Assembly (NCBI GenBank): GCA_028534125.1
Contig: CM052817.1
Span: 1,242,001-1,306,000, forward strand
Length of the DNA stretch: 64,000 nt
Direction: 5' to 3'
DNA from: Lama glama
Taxonomy: Eukaryota
Positions 38,800 to 50,910 of the stretch are shown here, piece by piece. Positions within the stretch are counted from its first letter, which is position 1. The number at the start of each line of letters is the position of its first letter. A program made the translations under genes and the position numbers. Under the pieces are notes generated by a model. That model had not been told where the DNA came from. It worked only from the letters and a program-made list of their open reading frames with translations, and ran no database searches.

Positions 38800-39050
38800 A
38801 GTGAGGAGGTGAGGGAGGTGAGGAGGTGAGGGAGGTGAGGAGGTGAGGGAGGTGAGGAGGTGAGGAAGGTGAGGGAGGTGAGGAGGTGAGGGAGGTGAGG
38901 AGGTGAGAAGGTAGAGATGAGGGAGGTGAGGGAGGTGAGGAGGTGAGGTGAGGAGGTGAGGGAGGTGAGGAGGTGAGGGAGGTGAGGAGGAGAAGAGGTC
39001 AGGGAGGTGAGGAAGAGAAGGAGGTGAGGAGGTGAGGGAGGTCAGGAAGT
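38800..39050. repeat. (GGAGGTGA[GG])n purine-rich tandem repeat
   Basis: Directly visible, with alternating 8- and 10-bp units. Confidence 0.95.
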
Positions 39051-39340
39051 CAGGCGGTCAGGAGGACCGGAGACCAGCTCCTGCTGGTTGAGCCTTGAGC
39101 CCTCCTCCACTGAGGGAGATCCACCTGCAGGAGCCGCCCTCAGGGCCCAGAGAAAAGGGACCCTGGAGCTGAGGACGAGAGGGCAGATGTGAGGGGAGGC
39201 CTCGGGGTCTGCCCACCACTGGGGAGGCGGCCTGGAACATGGTCACGGCGCAGGAAGGAGGCAGGTGCCCACTGGACCAGGTCGCCCTGCCCAGGCCCTG
39301 CCCCTGCCCCAGGGCCCCGCCGGTGCCCGGGTGGCCTCAC

Positions 39341-39430
39341 CTCTCCACCGTCTCGCAGAACAGCACGATGACCTCCTGCTGCACGTAGTACTCCCTGGGG
39401 GACTTCACGGGCACCATGGCCGACACGTAG
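39341..39430 (-). CDS. ZFYVE28: ZFYVE28 coding exon 5 (90 nt, phase 2-2)
   Basis: Manually translated as (S)[29 protein letters not shown](R); this frame is absent from the ORF track. Acceptor tttgcAG, donor GTgagg. Confidence 0.96.
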
Positions 39431-40671
39431 CTGCAAACAGTGGAGGTGAGTGAGCGCTGCCCCAGGACAGAGGGCTCTCAAGTGAAAGCCGAGTGAGACC
39501 GCTGGCTGCAGGTGGCCCGTCTCAGCAGCTGCCTAAACCCACGCCCCCAGCAGCACTGTTCATATTTTAAGCCAAAGCTCCTCCCAGGGTCAGGCCTCGA
39601 CTGGAGCTTCCTTGGACTCCCCAGCCCTGCCTGGCCTGGAACTGCCACTGTCCCCACACTGAGTGAGCACGTGCATGCAGGGCGTGCAGGGCCGGTGAAC
39701 GGCGGGGGCAGGGGAGGGGTGGGAGGGTTACTGAGTGGTCCGACCATTCCCCACGTGAGAATATTTTTTCTTTCCTTCTAAATCACCAACTCTAGTCTTT
39801 CTTGTTAGGAAAGCTCACTTGGAAAAATCTGGAGCAGAGAAAAGGAGGCAGAAAGGTTTAAGCTTGTTTGTGGCCAGCCCCACTTCCTAGAGATCTGCCT
39901 GTGACGTCATGCCTGATTCCTCCTGCGGTCCACGGGGTACAAGCTGGCCACATTTTATTAGCCAGGACCACCATGGACGGGCTTTGGGGTCCTGCTCTCT
40001 CTTGTCTTCGCATCTGTGGACACCGTGCAGGCCCCACTCCACAGTCAGGGACCCTCCAGTCTGGAGGCCCTGTGGGGCAAGGGGTCGCAGGGTGAGCAGG
40101 GAGGGATGGGGAGCCCCACGGAGCTCGGTGGGGGTGGCGGAGGGGTGCCATGCGATCTGGCAGATCCCTAAGCTGGAGAGGTGTCCCCACCCTCACCCCC
40201 TGGAGCTGGGGGGCCCCCAGGCACCAGAGCAGTGGCCACCTCATCTTTGTCACACTGTGTCCCAGGTCCGAGCACAGAGTAACGTGCTGGGGGTTGTGGA
40301 GCAAGCCCGACGGGCTGGTGCAGACACGGCTCTAAGGCAGAGATGGAGGTCGGGGCGGAGGTCAGAGGTGGCCCGAGGGCTGCGGATGACTTTCACCTGC
40401 AGGGACCTCCTGGGGCTTTAGCGCTGGGGTGCACCAGGAGCAGGGTGGTGGGGGCAGAACTGGGGTCTCCTTTACCCCTGGGTCTCCTCTGCCTGTCTCC
40501 CTGCTGCCCGTCCCCCCAACATCGTGCCCCCCAGGGGTTAATCCCACCCTCTGAGGGCCCCAGAAACCCCTGTGGAGTTTCCCAGCGAGAGAGAGCACAG
40601 ACCCGCGGAGCAGCCCGCACCCGTGACGTAAAGGCCGCGACCCCCACGGCTGCGAACCCCGGGTCAGGCAC

Positions 40672-40874
40672 CTCAGCTCGAACTCGGCGAACAGCACGTC
40701 GAAGTGCCTCAGCGCCTCCCGCATCTTCTCCGTGTACGTGTTGAGGTCCCGCAGCGCCTGGTCGCGGAGGGCGCCCCGCACGTCCTCCAGGCTGCGGGTC
40801 AGCTCCTTGGCCAGCGGGCGCATGGCCATGCTCTCCAGCTCGCGGTTCATGATGATGGAGCCGGCGGCCAGGCA
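40672..40874 (-). CDS. ZFYVE28: ZFYVE28 coding exon 4 (203 nt, phase 0-2)
   Basis: [67 protein letters not shown](S). Acceptor cccacAG, donor GTgcct. Confidence 0.97.
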
Positions 40875-42170
40875 CTGTGGGAGGCAGAGCACGGGTCAGG
40901 GAGGCCCGGGGCCGGCGGCCACCCCGCGGCTGCACTGCCCACGAGTGGAGTTCCAGAACTCTCCATGGGCCAATGCTGAGAAAGCCGCCCCCACTGTCCC
41001 CTGAGAAACTGTGGTCACCCTCAGGACGGGAGAGCAGAACCGTGGCCTGAGGCTCGTCCCTGAGACCCTCCCTGGCCTCTCTCCCAGGAGCCCCTGGCCT
41101 CGCATCTCTGGCTCCTGCTCTGGGGCACCTGCTCCCTCCTGGCTTCTATTAGAGGCACAGAGAGGGAGGCCCTGGGGGTTGGGGGATCCATGCAGGGGCC
41201 ACCCGGCCACGTGACTCCTGTCTCCTGCCCACCAGCTTGCAGATGCGCAGTTCTGGCCATCCTCCAGGCACGCAGCACACAGAGCTGACCAGGGCTCCCC
41301 GGTGCCTCAGACCTTCCTAGGGATTGGACGCCTCGTGTCCATAAAGCCCCCCTGCATCACCTCAGGATCCCACAGCTGCCCCTGCCCCCAGGACCCACTC
41401 TGCAGAGGTAAAAACTGAGGCTGGGGGGTGAGACACCACCCCCCAACTAGAGCCACAGTGAGGAAACCCCAACCAGGTGGTTCGGCGGAGCCAGGTGGGG
41501 AGGGTGGACACGGGGATGGGATGAAATGGGGGAACATGTGGGCACAAGGGCCACGCAGTGTCTGGTAAGATGGGGTTGTTCCAGGATTCACCGAGAGCTG
41601 AGGCAGGCAGGATGGGAGAGGACAGAGGAGGCATGGACGTCAGACTACGAGCCTCATGCCCCTAATGTCCCGAGAGCATGGCCAAGGGGGTACGTCTAGG
41701 TATCCCATGGGAAACTGCGGGCTTACGTCTCACTCCTCAGGCTCCTCCTTGGGAGGTGAAGCTCAAGATCTGGGAGTTATCATGAGTAGGGACCCAGGTG
41801 CAGCTCCCCCGGCCCCCGCATGGGGATAAACAGTCCTGTGGGTGGGGCAGGGGGCGCACTGCTCTCAATATTAGTATTACTGCCGTGAAGAACGGCTCTC
41901 AGGCCCTAGGGTCTGGGGACCTGAGACCCTCATAGAAATCACATGTGAAACCTCATGTCTGTATCTGCTTGTGTAGTTTCGGGGGAGAAGGCTCTTGCCT
42001 CCCCGCCCCTGCGACCCTAACAGGCTCAGCGGCATCTGCAGCCCCTGCAGATGGAGGCCCTGGAGGAGGAGACGCGGGGCCTGCACTACGGGTGCACGTG
42101 GGTGAGCTCCACAGGGGAACGCTGGACGACGCCCACGCCATGACCCCAGCCCCGGGCGGCCGCCCACTAC

Positions 42171-42308
42171 CTCGGCGCCAAACCACAGCTGGCCGGCCAG
42201 GTTGTCATGCCGGATCTCCTCGGGGAACTTGACACAGAAATCCCGTGGGGCGCGGTCCTGGGGGATGCACACGTCCATGATCTGGTTAATGATGTTTAAC
42301 ACGTTGTC
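42171..42308 (-). CDS. ZFYVE28: ZFYVE28 coding exon 3 (138 nt, phase 0-0); contains the M71 and K87 equivalents
   Basis: [46 protein letters not shown]. Acceptor tgtttcAG, donor GTagtg. Confidence 0.97.
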
Positions 42309-43129
42309 CTGAAACAGAAGCGGGAAGTGCGCTAAGACGCAGCTGCAGCAGGTGGCTGGCAGGCACTGCTCGGAAACAGGAGCCGTGCACGCCAACATGA
42401 TGAGGGACGCGGTCGCACACGCGGGCCTGCTCTACAACTGCTATGAGAAGCTTGAGCATCCAGAAGTATCTGAATACAGAGCAAAACCCTTGCCTCACCT
42501 TCCCCAAGGCCAGGTACCTGGAGCACCTGCCACAAGGGCGGGGGGCACTTCCCACGCCACCACGTCACCATGCAGACAGCGCGTCGCCCGCTGTACCGGC
42601 TCTACCTTCCCCTGCTGACCCGCACCTGGGCCCCCTGCAGCCTCGGCCACCGTGACCGCCCCAAACCTCTCTCTGAACACCTGTGCACAAGTTTCTTAAG
42701 ACAGAGCGAGGTGGACAGACACACAGACAGCTGATTTTCACTGCCGATGGACAGCGTTGCTTGGATTAACATAAGCCTGGGTCATCCTGGGGTGGTCACA
42801 ACACAGTCAAGATGTGCCGTCGGACGGACACCACTGCAGATGGCAGGCAAGACCAGGCTTCCCAGACCCGTTTCACGGCACCACTCCTCGCCCAAACTCG
42901 TCCTGTTCTTTAAACATCTGCTCTTTGTTCAGCACAATTACAAGAACACTGCAAGTTCAGTTTTTTCTTTAATTTCTTTAATTAATTAATCTCTCTAATT
43001 TCTTTATCTCCAAAGATGAATGCACATTCATCACAGGGAAACTGGAAACCTGGGGAAGTAGAGGAGGAGGGGGAGGATGTCCTTGGAACAGCAGCTGCAG
43101 GTGGCAAGTGTCCAGTCAGTTCTGGTCCC

Positions 43130-43620
43130 CGGTGGCCTGTTTCCAATCAGAGCTGAGATCATCTGTGTGCATAATTGTGTATTTGTTGGGACGTGTTATT
43201 ACAGCTTTTCACAAATCTAACTTGTGACGGTAGCTTCGTGGGATTCCAGCACACGGACCGTCCTATTAGCTCGCTGCTTCCTCCTCTGCTGGACATTTAC
43301 GGTATTTCGACTTCTTCAGCACGATAAATAACGTAGTCACCCTTGTGGTGCACAATGGTCTGAATTTTGGGTTAGTCCCTCAGAATCCACTCGTTTCTGG
43401 AAGCAGCATTGCAAAGCCGAAAATAAACTGCATTTGTAGGCTCTGATTGCATTCTGCCCAACTGCTTTCCAGAACGACGGTGCTGACTGACACACTCAGT
43501 CCGCGGCTTTGAGTCTCAGCGCCCTCCTTTCCGCCGTCCGAGGCTGGAGCTTCATTTTTTTCAGGAAGTAGACGTGAAAAACCACTGTGACCGGGAGCAT
43601 GACATTCTAACACAAGAAGT
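43130..43620 (-). mobile_element. Old L1 (L1ME-like) fragment
   Basis: TGCTGGACATTTA..TATTTC..ATAAATAACG..TTCTGGAAGCAGCATTGC..TGCCCAACTGCTTTCCAGAA. Confidence 0.6.
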
Positions 43621-44660
43621 CGAGGGGCTAAACTCTGAAGGAAACTCAACTCCACAAGGAAAACATTCCCTCGCCCACGTCCAGCTCCAGGGCAGTCTTC
43701 CTCTCTCAGACTCACCCTGCCCAGGCTGCCCAGCACCCAACTGACTTTCACCCTACCTGGCCAGGCCGTGTGACGTGCACTTACAGTACCCAGTGGGCGG
43801 GCATGAGCGGCTTGGGAGCAAACAGAGCCCCTTGCAGGGAGCCCTGTGCTGCGGGGGAGGGGGGGCAGGTGCAGGAGCTGGGGGCAGAGAGGCTGCCTCG
43901 CTGCAAGCGGCCAGCGTGCCCAGGCGCAGGAGGACAGTCTTTGGTGGCCCAGCAGCCAGGAGAGCCGCCCGGCCCTCCAGTCCCTGGGTCCCCCTGAGAG
44001 ATGGGAATGTGCCCCTCCTGCCCCCCAAGGATTCTGTACGAACCTGAGTCTGAGTCCCTCAAGGCTTAAAGCGCAGGGTGGGGACATTTGCCTCCCCAGA
44101 CCCTGTCCGCTCTGTGATCTGGGAAGCACACCCCCGCCCCCAAATCCCCGAGGGGAGCGGCTCTAGCCAGACTCGTGGCCACAGTCCACCGAGAAGGTTC
44201 CGGAACTTGGTCAATGACCCTGATCGTCACTCGACAAAAGCTGCTTCTTGCCACGTGCCCTGGCGTGGGTAGAGTCTCCCGGATGTTTGGTGAACCGGGA
44301 GAGTGTTTTCCGTAGGGTATCCGGGACCTGCACGTCCTGCAGCAGGAGGTCGCCGTGCCGAGAGGCAGCGGAACAGGAGTCCCGCCACCCTGCGAGCTCT
44401 GCGGTGGCCCCGCGGGCCCAGCCCCTTGCCGGTGCTGGCTGAGGCCCTGCTGGCCCCTCATAACCACCTCCCACTCGACTCCACTGTCTACGCTCCAAGG
44501 GCGTCCTGTGAACTGGCGCCTTCTAACCCACTTTCCCCCACGCTGTCCTGCTCGGGACTGCCCCTCCTGGGGCTCTGGTTTGCAGCGCCTGGCCCAGGGC
44601 CCCTCCCGAGACGTCCCCCCCGGGGCGCAGCAGGCCGGCCCCTCCGCCACCGCTGCTCAC

Positions 44661-44801
44661 CTGGCAGGAGCGGAACTGGCTGACGAGCAGCGTGCAGCGC
44701 TGGGGGTCCCTCCGCCCGTCCAGGCTGTCCAGCTCGGCAGCCACCTGGCTCAGCTCCTCGTCCGCATGGTAGAACCGGGCCAGGAGCTGCGGGTCCGACC
44801 G
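44661..44801 (-). CDS. ZFYVE28: ZFYVE28/LST2 coding exon 2 (141 nt, phase 0-0)
   Basis: Translates [47 protein letters not shown], recognised as the LST2 N-terminus. Acceptor ccccacAG, donor GTgagc. Confidence 0.97.
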
Positions 44802-46514
44802 CTGTGGGGAGGCAGGGGAGGTGAGTGGCCGCCCCAGGTGAGCCTTGTCCCCAGCCATGGGTGGGGGACCCTGTCACCCCGCCGGCTGCCCTGAGGCCCC
44901 CTGGGGCCCCCTGGGGCTGTGGGGTCCTGAGGACCCTCCGCCCCTGTCAGGGGATGATCAGAGGCAAGGTGCTGGGGAGGGTGGGGCTGGGGCCACTGGA
45001 CGGAAAGCAGTTTTGTTCATAAAACCAAACTGCGATGATAAAGCCAGCCACAAGGAAGGGGCCCATCCCACTCCCTAGCCTCTCCTCAGCCCTCAGCCCC
45101 GTCTCTACCATGCTGGGAGACACCAGTGCCTTCCAGCAGGAAACCCTTTTCTCAGAGGAACCCCTTTTCTCGCCTCCCACAAAATGCACAGGGGGGTCTG
45201 ATTCTGGGTCTTGAGGCACAATCACCCCACTTGGAGCGAAGTCCCAGCTCCCTGTGCCTCCCTCGGACCCAGTGCCCATGCTGACCGCCCCTGCTCTGCC
45301 CCAGCTCCAGCCCCACCAGCCACGGGCCATCCTGTCAACACACTGGCTCACTTCTGCCCCAGGGCCTTTGCACTGTGCTCCCTCCGGCTGGGGTGTCGAT
45401 GGCTTGTCCCCTTGGATCTGAGCTTCCAGAATTAGGACAAACCCACGGTAAAGGCGACCAAGACCTCAAACATGTCTTTATAAAAGGCACCCTTCATGGA
45501 CAGACGAGAGAAGGACAAATGAGAAGAAAGGCACCGAATCAACCCCTGGTTCCCTCGCCCTTCTACCTAAGAAGCAGCACGTGGCTGGGCTGACATTTTG
45601 ATGAACATAAAATTACTTATTTTTGTAGTTTCTCTCAGCTCATTGCTTGATGGAGCCTGTGTTCCGCCCCCCTTCCCCCTACGTGGCCTGTCCCAGGGTG
45701 GCTCTTCCTCTGCTCAGGGTCTTGGTCATCAGTGCCTGACTCTCTCAATGCTGGCCCAGGCCCCTGGCGTGCAGAGGAAGCCCCGCCAGTGAGGCTGAGC
45801 AGACCTGGGGTGGGGACTTCAGTGACTAGCCCAGCAGGTGGATGTGTGACCCAGGCAGGACAAATGGGAGGCCTTCCCAGAATTTTTCACAGGAGAGCTG
45901 TGGGGATTCACCCATCCATCCAGCCAGCCAGGCAGCCTGAGCACCCACTCTGCCAAGGATGCAGGGCGCTGGGACACAGCCGGGAACGGGGCAGGCCCAG
46001 ATTTTCTGGCACTGGCATCTCCTGCGTTCCCTGGGCCCTCCACAGGCTGCAGCCAAGGGCAGAGGTAACACCCAGCTCAAGAGCTGATCCCCATCACCGC
46101 AGCCCACTGGAGTCCTTCTGGCTCCAAACCCACCGGCTCCCCCCACAGCGGGGGGCATGGGGTGGGGGGAGGGCAGGAAAAGCAGGGACATGGCGGGCGG
46201 GGTCCCACAGCAGATGGCTGAGGCCCTCCTCATGGAAACCTGCCTAGGCAGGTGACACACGGAGCCTTCCCTGCCTTGGTTCCTGCAGCCCAGCAAACAG
46301 GTTGGGGCCTGAACTGAGGGTGCTGGGTAAGGACGCCTCCAGGGAGCTAAGTCTCTGCTGTGAGAAAATGGTTGCCAAGATGAGAACAGCTTGGGCCATC
46401 TTTGCCCTGACACCTCCAACCCCGTCACAAACACGGGGACTTTGGCTGTGCTTGGCCCCTGCTGTTGGCCCCCTGGGGTCGGCTGTGCCACGATGGAATG
46501 TGCGCAGAGGGCTG

Positions 46515-46910
46515 TGCGCGCACACACCCACACATGCATACACAAGCACCCACGCACACACATGGCTTCCTCTGTGTCCTGGGGAGGCTGACAAACAACT
46601 ACCACGTGTGTACATGTGGGGCTGTGTGGGGGTCATGCATGTGTGCACGTGTGTGCCTATGTGGACGCACATAAGTGCATGTGTGTGTGCAGGAATGTGT
46701 GTACACAGGTTTGCACCTACAAGCAGGTGTGTGTCTGTACCCGTGTATACATATGTGAATGTGAGTGCACAGCCATGAGAGTGTGTACTGTACACGTACA
46801 TGGGTGTCCATGTGTACATGTGTTGTACAACTGCACTTGTGTGTGAGTGTGTGTCAGTGTGTGCATGCATAAACGTGTGTGTGCCTACCAGCATGGGTGT
46901 GTGTGCCTGT
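46515..46910. repeat. Degenerate CA/TG-rich simple repeat
   Basis: Directly visible. Confidence 0.85.
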
Positions 46911-49900
46911 GACTTGGGGTGGGCGTGGCATAATCTGCCATCCAGGGTCTGTGCAGAGACAGACCCTCTGGGCTCACCTAGTTTTGATTTCAGTAAATTA
47001 AAGACTATACGACCAGACCTACAAGTGTGTTGTCCATTTGCAAAAAGAGCGCTGTAAACACACACACACAGAGCAGAAATTAGAGAACTCAGAAAAAAAA
47101 TTTTTAAACCTAAATTACCTTTATTTTTAAGTAATTATTTTTAAATAAAGATAATTAAATTATCTTTATTTTGCTGAAACACAAAAGGCCTTCGCAATTT
47201 TAGAATTTTAGCTTTCCAGCCCCTACAGGACTGGTATTTCCAGCAAAGAATGAAAGGTCCCCTTTGTGTGTCCCAGCGGGGCCGAGGTGCGGAGGAGACC
47301 CCCACTGGCTGTGTGAATCACATGCACCCGGAGACCCCAGGCGCCATGGAGACAAACCTCCAGGCAGGGGTCCCAGGAAACAAACCGACACAACTTACAA
47401 AATCCAACTTGTGGTGACTCACAGAATCCACAAGGAACAATGTGGTGCTGCATTTCCATTTCTGAGCACGCAGGGGGTGACGTGAACTCGGCAGTCTGAG
47501 CCCGCTCATCACTTACATCTCTATCGGCCCAGCGGGGCAGGTCACCCTCAGGCCAGCTAGAAGGCAAGACTGACGGCCTGAGGGGGACAGTTTCTCTCTT
47601 TGAGTCAGTCAGCCTCATTCAACAACGTTTTAAATTAAATTTTAAATCGGACTTTTAAATGTCCGTACATAAAATGTCCACAACAAAGAGAATCGATTGC
47701 TGTAAATAGGAAGTACTCACCTTACTTTGAAATAAGAACTACAAGAGAATAAAACTGAACCCAGTAGAAGTGTCTTTTTTGGCACACGATGTCAGTATTT
47801 GCTCAAAAATAAATTCACAGCAGTGACAGTTTTCACTGCTACACAAAAATAAAACTCGCGAAGACAGCCTCTAGCTTAGGAGGTTAGGTGACTAGCAGAC
47901 AGGCAGCCTCGAGAAGGCGGGGAAGACACACAACGTTGCGGCTCCGGACACGGCCGGAGTGCACAACTGACTACTTCAGAGCTAGTTCTGTAAAGGTGAT
48001 GAAATTATTCATTCATTCAAACACCTGTTCTGTGAAGTAGGCTGGGGATGTGGATGTGAGCTCAGGCCCTGCCCACAGGTGCCCGTCTGAGCCAGGCACA
48101 TGGCCATGCTGGGGGTCCCCAGCTGTGGTAAGGCTGGCCAACTGGGCTGGGGCAGAGCGGGGTGTGGACCAAGGGTGTCCCCAGCCCTGTGCAGGGCACC
48201 GCTCGTGCCTCATGGGGCACACCCCAAGCCCTCTGTGAGGCAGCCCCATCCTGACCCAGATGAAGAGACTAAATAAAGCTCATGAAGGAAACTAACATCC
48301 AAGGTCACATCGAATGACACGGCGGAGCCAGTGGTCAGCCCAGGTCCCACTCTAAGGACACTCAGCGGTCCGGGTGGGAAAGAGGAAGAGGAAGTAAGGG
48401 TGACCCGGGGGGGATCCTTCTCAGGCCTCTTGCTTCCCAAGTAGGAAGTAAGCCCTACAGCAGGAGAACCCCAGAGGGTGCCTTGTCTCAGCCAAGCTCC
48501 AGGAAGGGGACAAGAGGAGGAGGCAGATGGCGGGACAGGTGGGTGAGGCAGATGGCAGGACACGCGGCACGGCTAGGCCAGAAAGGACCAGCCCCCTCAC
48601 ACCCCCAGGGACGGAGAGAGCCCCAGCCCCCAGCCCCCTGACCCCACTCCAGCAGCTGTCCCAGGACACGAGCTGGGCTCCAAACGCTGGTTCCCAAGAC
48701 CCACGTGACCCTCGCCACCCTAACACTCAGCAGAAGAGAGCCTTCCAGATCTCGGTGGACCCCCAGGTGGGCTTTGGCTGGACAGAGTGCAGGAGCTCAG
48801 GAGTGAGGGCTTGTGCCTAAGGTGCCAGCCCAGGCCCTGGGCCTCCCTTGGACCAGCCTTCTGATAAAGCCTCGGACTCTCTACTTGACACCCAAATCCA
48901 GAAGCATCGTAGAGAAACCAGAGAAAAGCCTCAGGTCGTGCACATCAATTCTGGCTGCTCCCCCAGGTCACACTCGACTGTCAAGGAAACCCACTGACCA
49001 CTGGTCACCAGGGCTGGAAACCCTCACCGCCTGTGAACACTGATCCAGGCCCTCCTGCAGGTCTCCACCACCCTTCCATCCCGCTGGGGTCTAGGGGGCC
49101 TGGGAAGCCATGACCCATACCCCAAAGTTGGCCTTGTCCACATCAGGACATCCCGGGGGCTGCCAGGCCCAGGCCCTGCTGACCCGGCAGCTCGACCAGC
49201 CCCTGCCCCACGGTGATCTGCCACCCCACACAGGCACGCACTCACGTGTTAGGTGTCAGCGGGCAGGGCTCAGGTGCAGTTTAATCACAAAGATAACAGA
49301 GCTGTATGTACGTCACCTGACACCCGTAACCCAGCACCCTCCTTGGGAAGGTAAGGGCCACTCCCCAGCTCGCAGAAGGGAGAACGCAGGCTCAGAGAGG
49401 GAGGTTCACAAATCCACCCAGGACCCCACATCTGATAAGCAGTCCCACCTGTCACTTGGCCTCCCTGACAAAGGCCTTTTCCCATGACTCAGTTTCCCTC
49501 CTGGCTTCTGCTGAGTGAGGAGGGACTCAGTTTCCCAGCTGGCACCACATGGCTCTGAGGGCTCAGGCTGTGACTTAGGGAAGTGAGGCAGCTTGCATAG
49601 ACACCATGTTTCAACTGTCTGCCCTGGGAACACCCATGCACCTGGGGAGGCTGGCCCTGTCCTGGGCTGTAGGCCAGATCACTGCTGAACCCAGGACCCA
49701 CTCACCCTGGGGCAGGCGCTGGGGGATAGCCAGCCAGCCCCACACATACCTCCAGTCTGACCTAGAACCACAGATGTCCCATCCTTGGTTGGGTGGGGGC
49801 CAGCCAGGCCACTGAAAACCCTGATGCCTCAAGGACACAGCCCTTTGCAGGAAACACTGCCAAATGCTTGCCCAGGAAAGGCTGATGGCTTTATGTTTGA

Positions 49901-50199
49901 TTCACATCAACATTTAAGCCCTGTGATATATTAACAGAAATAAGCCGTTTTGATTAGAGGAATCAAGGGCCCTGCACAGCAGAGGGGAGGAGTCCGAGGG
50001 CCAGGTGGGCATAGAATTGAGGATATGTGCTGGACAGGGCCCAGGGTGGGCTCCAGGTTCAAGTCTGCTCGGTCACTCCCTGGGCGGGGACCTTACCCCA
50101 GGCCTGTTTATCACCTGCAAAGTGGGCTTAAAGCACACAGGGTACCTGACACGGTACCGGGGGCCAAAGTGGACCCTGGAAAGTCTGTACCTGGTGCAA

Positions 50200-50910
50200 C
50201 ACTACGTAGGTAAGGCGAGGGCGGTGGAGGCAGCTGACCGTGGTAACCGAAATAAGACACCCGCGAAGACGTCTTTCCTGAGACCACCACCGCGCCCCAG
50301 CGGCCCGCAATCGCCAGGCGGCAGCGCCGCCCCCGTCCGCTCGGCTGACCACGCGCCACGCCCTGCCCCGCGCTCCCGGAGGGTGCGCTCAGCGAGGGCG
50401 CGAGGGCGCGAGCGGGGGCACCGGGAGGGTGGCGGGGCGCGGGCGTAGGGCGCAGAAGACGCTAGCGGAAGTAGCGCTCGGGGCGGGCCGGGCCCGCAGG
50501 GAGGGCACTGAGCGGGGCAGAGAACCCGACGGGGGTGGAGGCAGAGGGCGGGGCGCGGGGCCGCGGGGGCGCGGGGGAGGGAGGAAGAGGCCAGCGGCCC
50601 CGACGCGGGGGCGCCCACATCTCCCGGGGCGGGGGTGGGTCGCGGGAAGCGACAGCCGGGAGAGCGCGGCGAGGGGGGCGCGGGAGGTCGTGGTGTCCGC
50701 AAAGAGCAACGTGGGAGGGACGGACAAGCAGCCCGAGAAACTCAGGAGGGCAGGAGGCTCAGGACGCCCGGCGTCGCCCACTTGCGAGGAGGCGCTGACC
50801 TCTCGCTGCCTCCGGGCTCGCGTGTCCGTGCGCGCGCGCGCTCACACCGGGCGGTGGGCTGTGCGAGCAGGGATGAGTCTCCCGCGGAGGCCTGGGCCGG
50901 TCGACCGCCC
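50200..50910. promoter_or_regulatory. Intronic CpG island, candidate alternative promoter of ZFYVE28
   Basis: Very dense CpG, several GGGCGG GC boxes, ETS-type CGGAAGT at 50466-50472 and a (CG)n run near 50830-50841. Located ~5.5 kb upstream of exon 2. Confidence 0.75.

Noticed and set aside
41877..42170. Open frame continuing past the exon 3 donor (similar read-through after exons 4, 9 and 10)
   Set aside because: Homology stops at the GT donor, long stop-free frames are expected at this GC content, and I saw no nearby polyA signal after the exon 3 extension.
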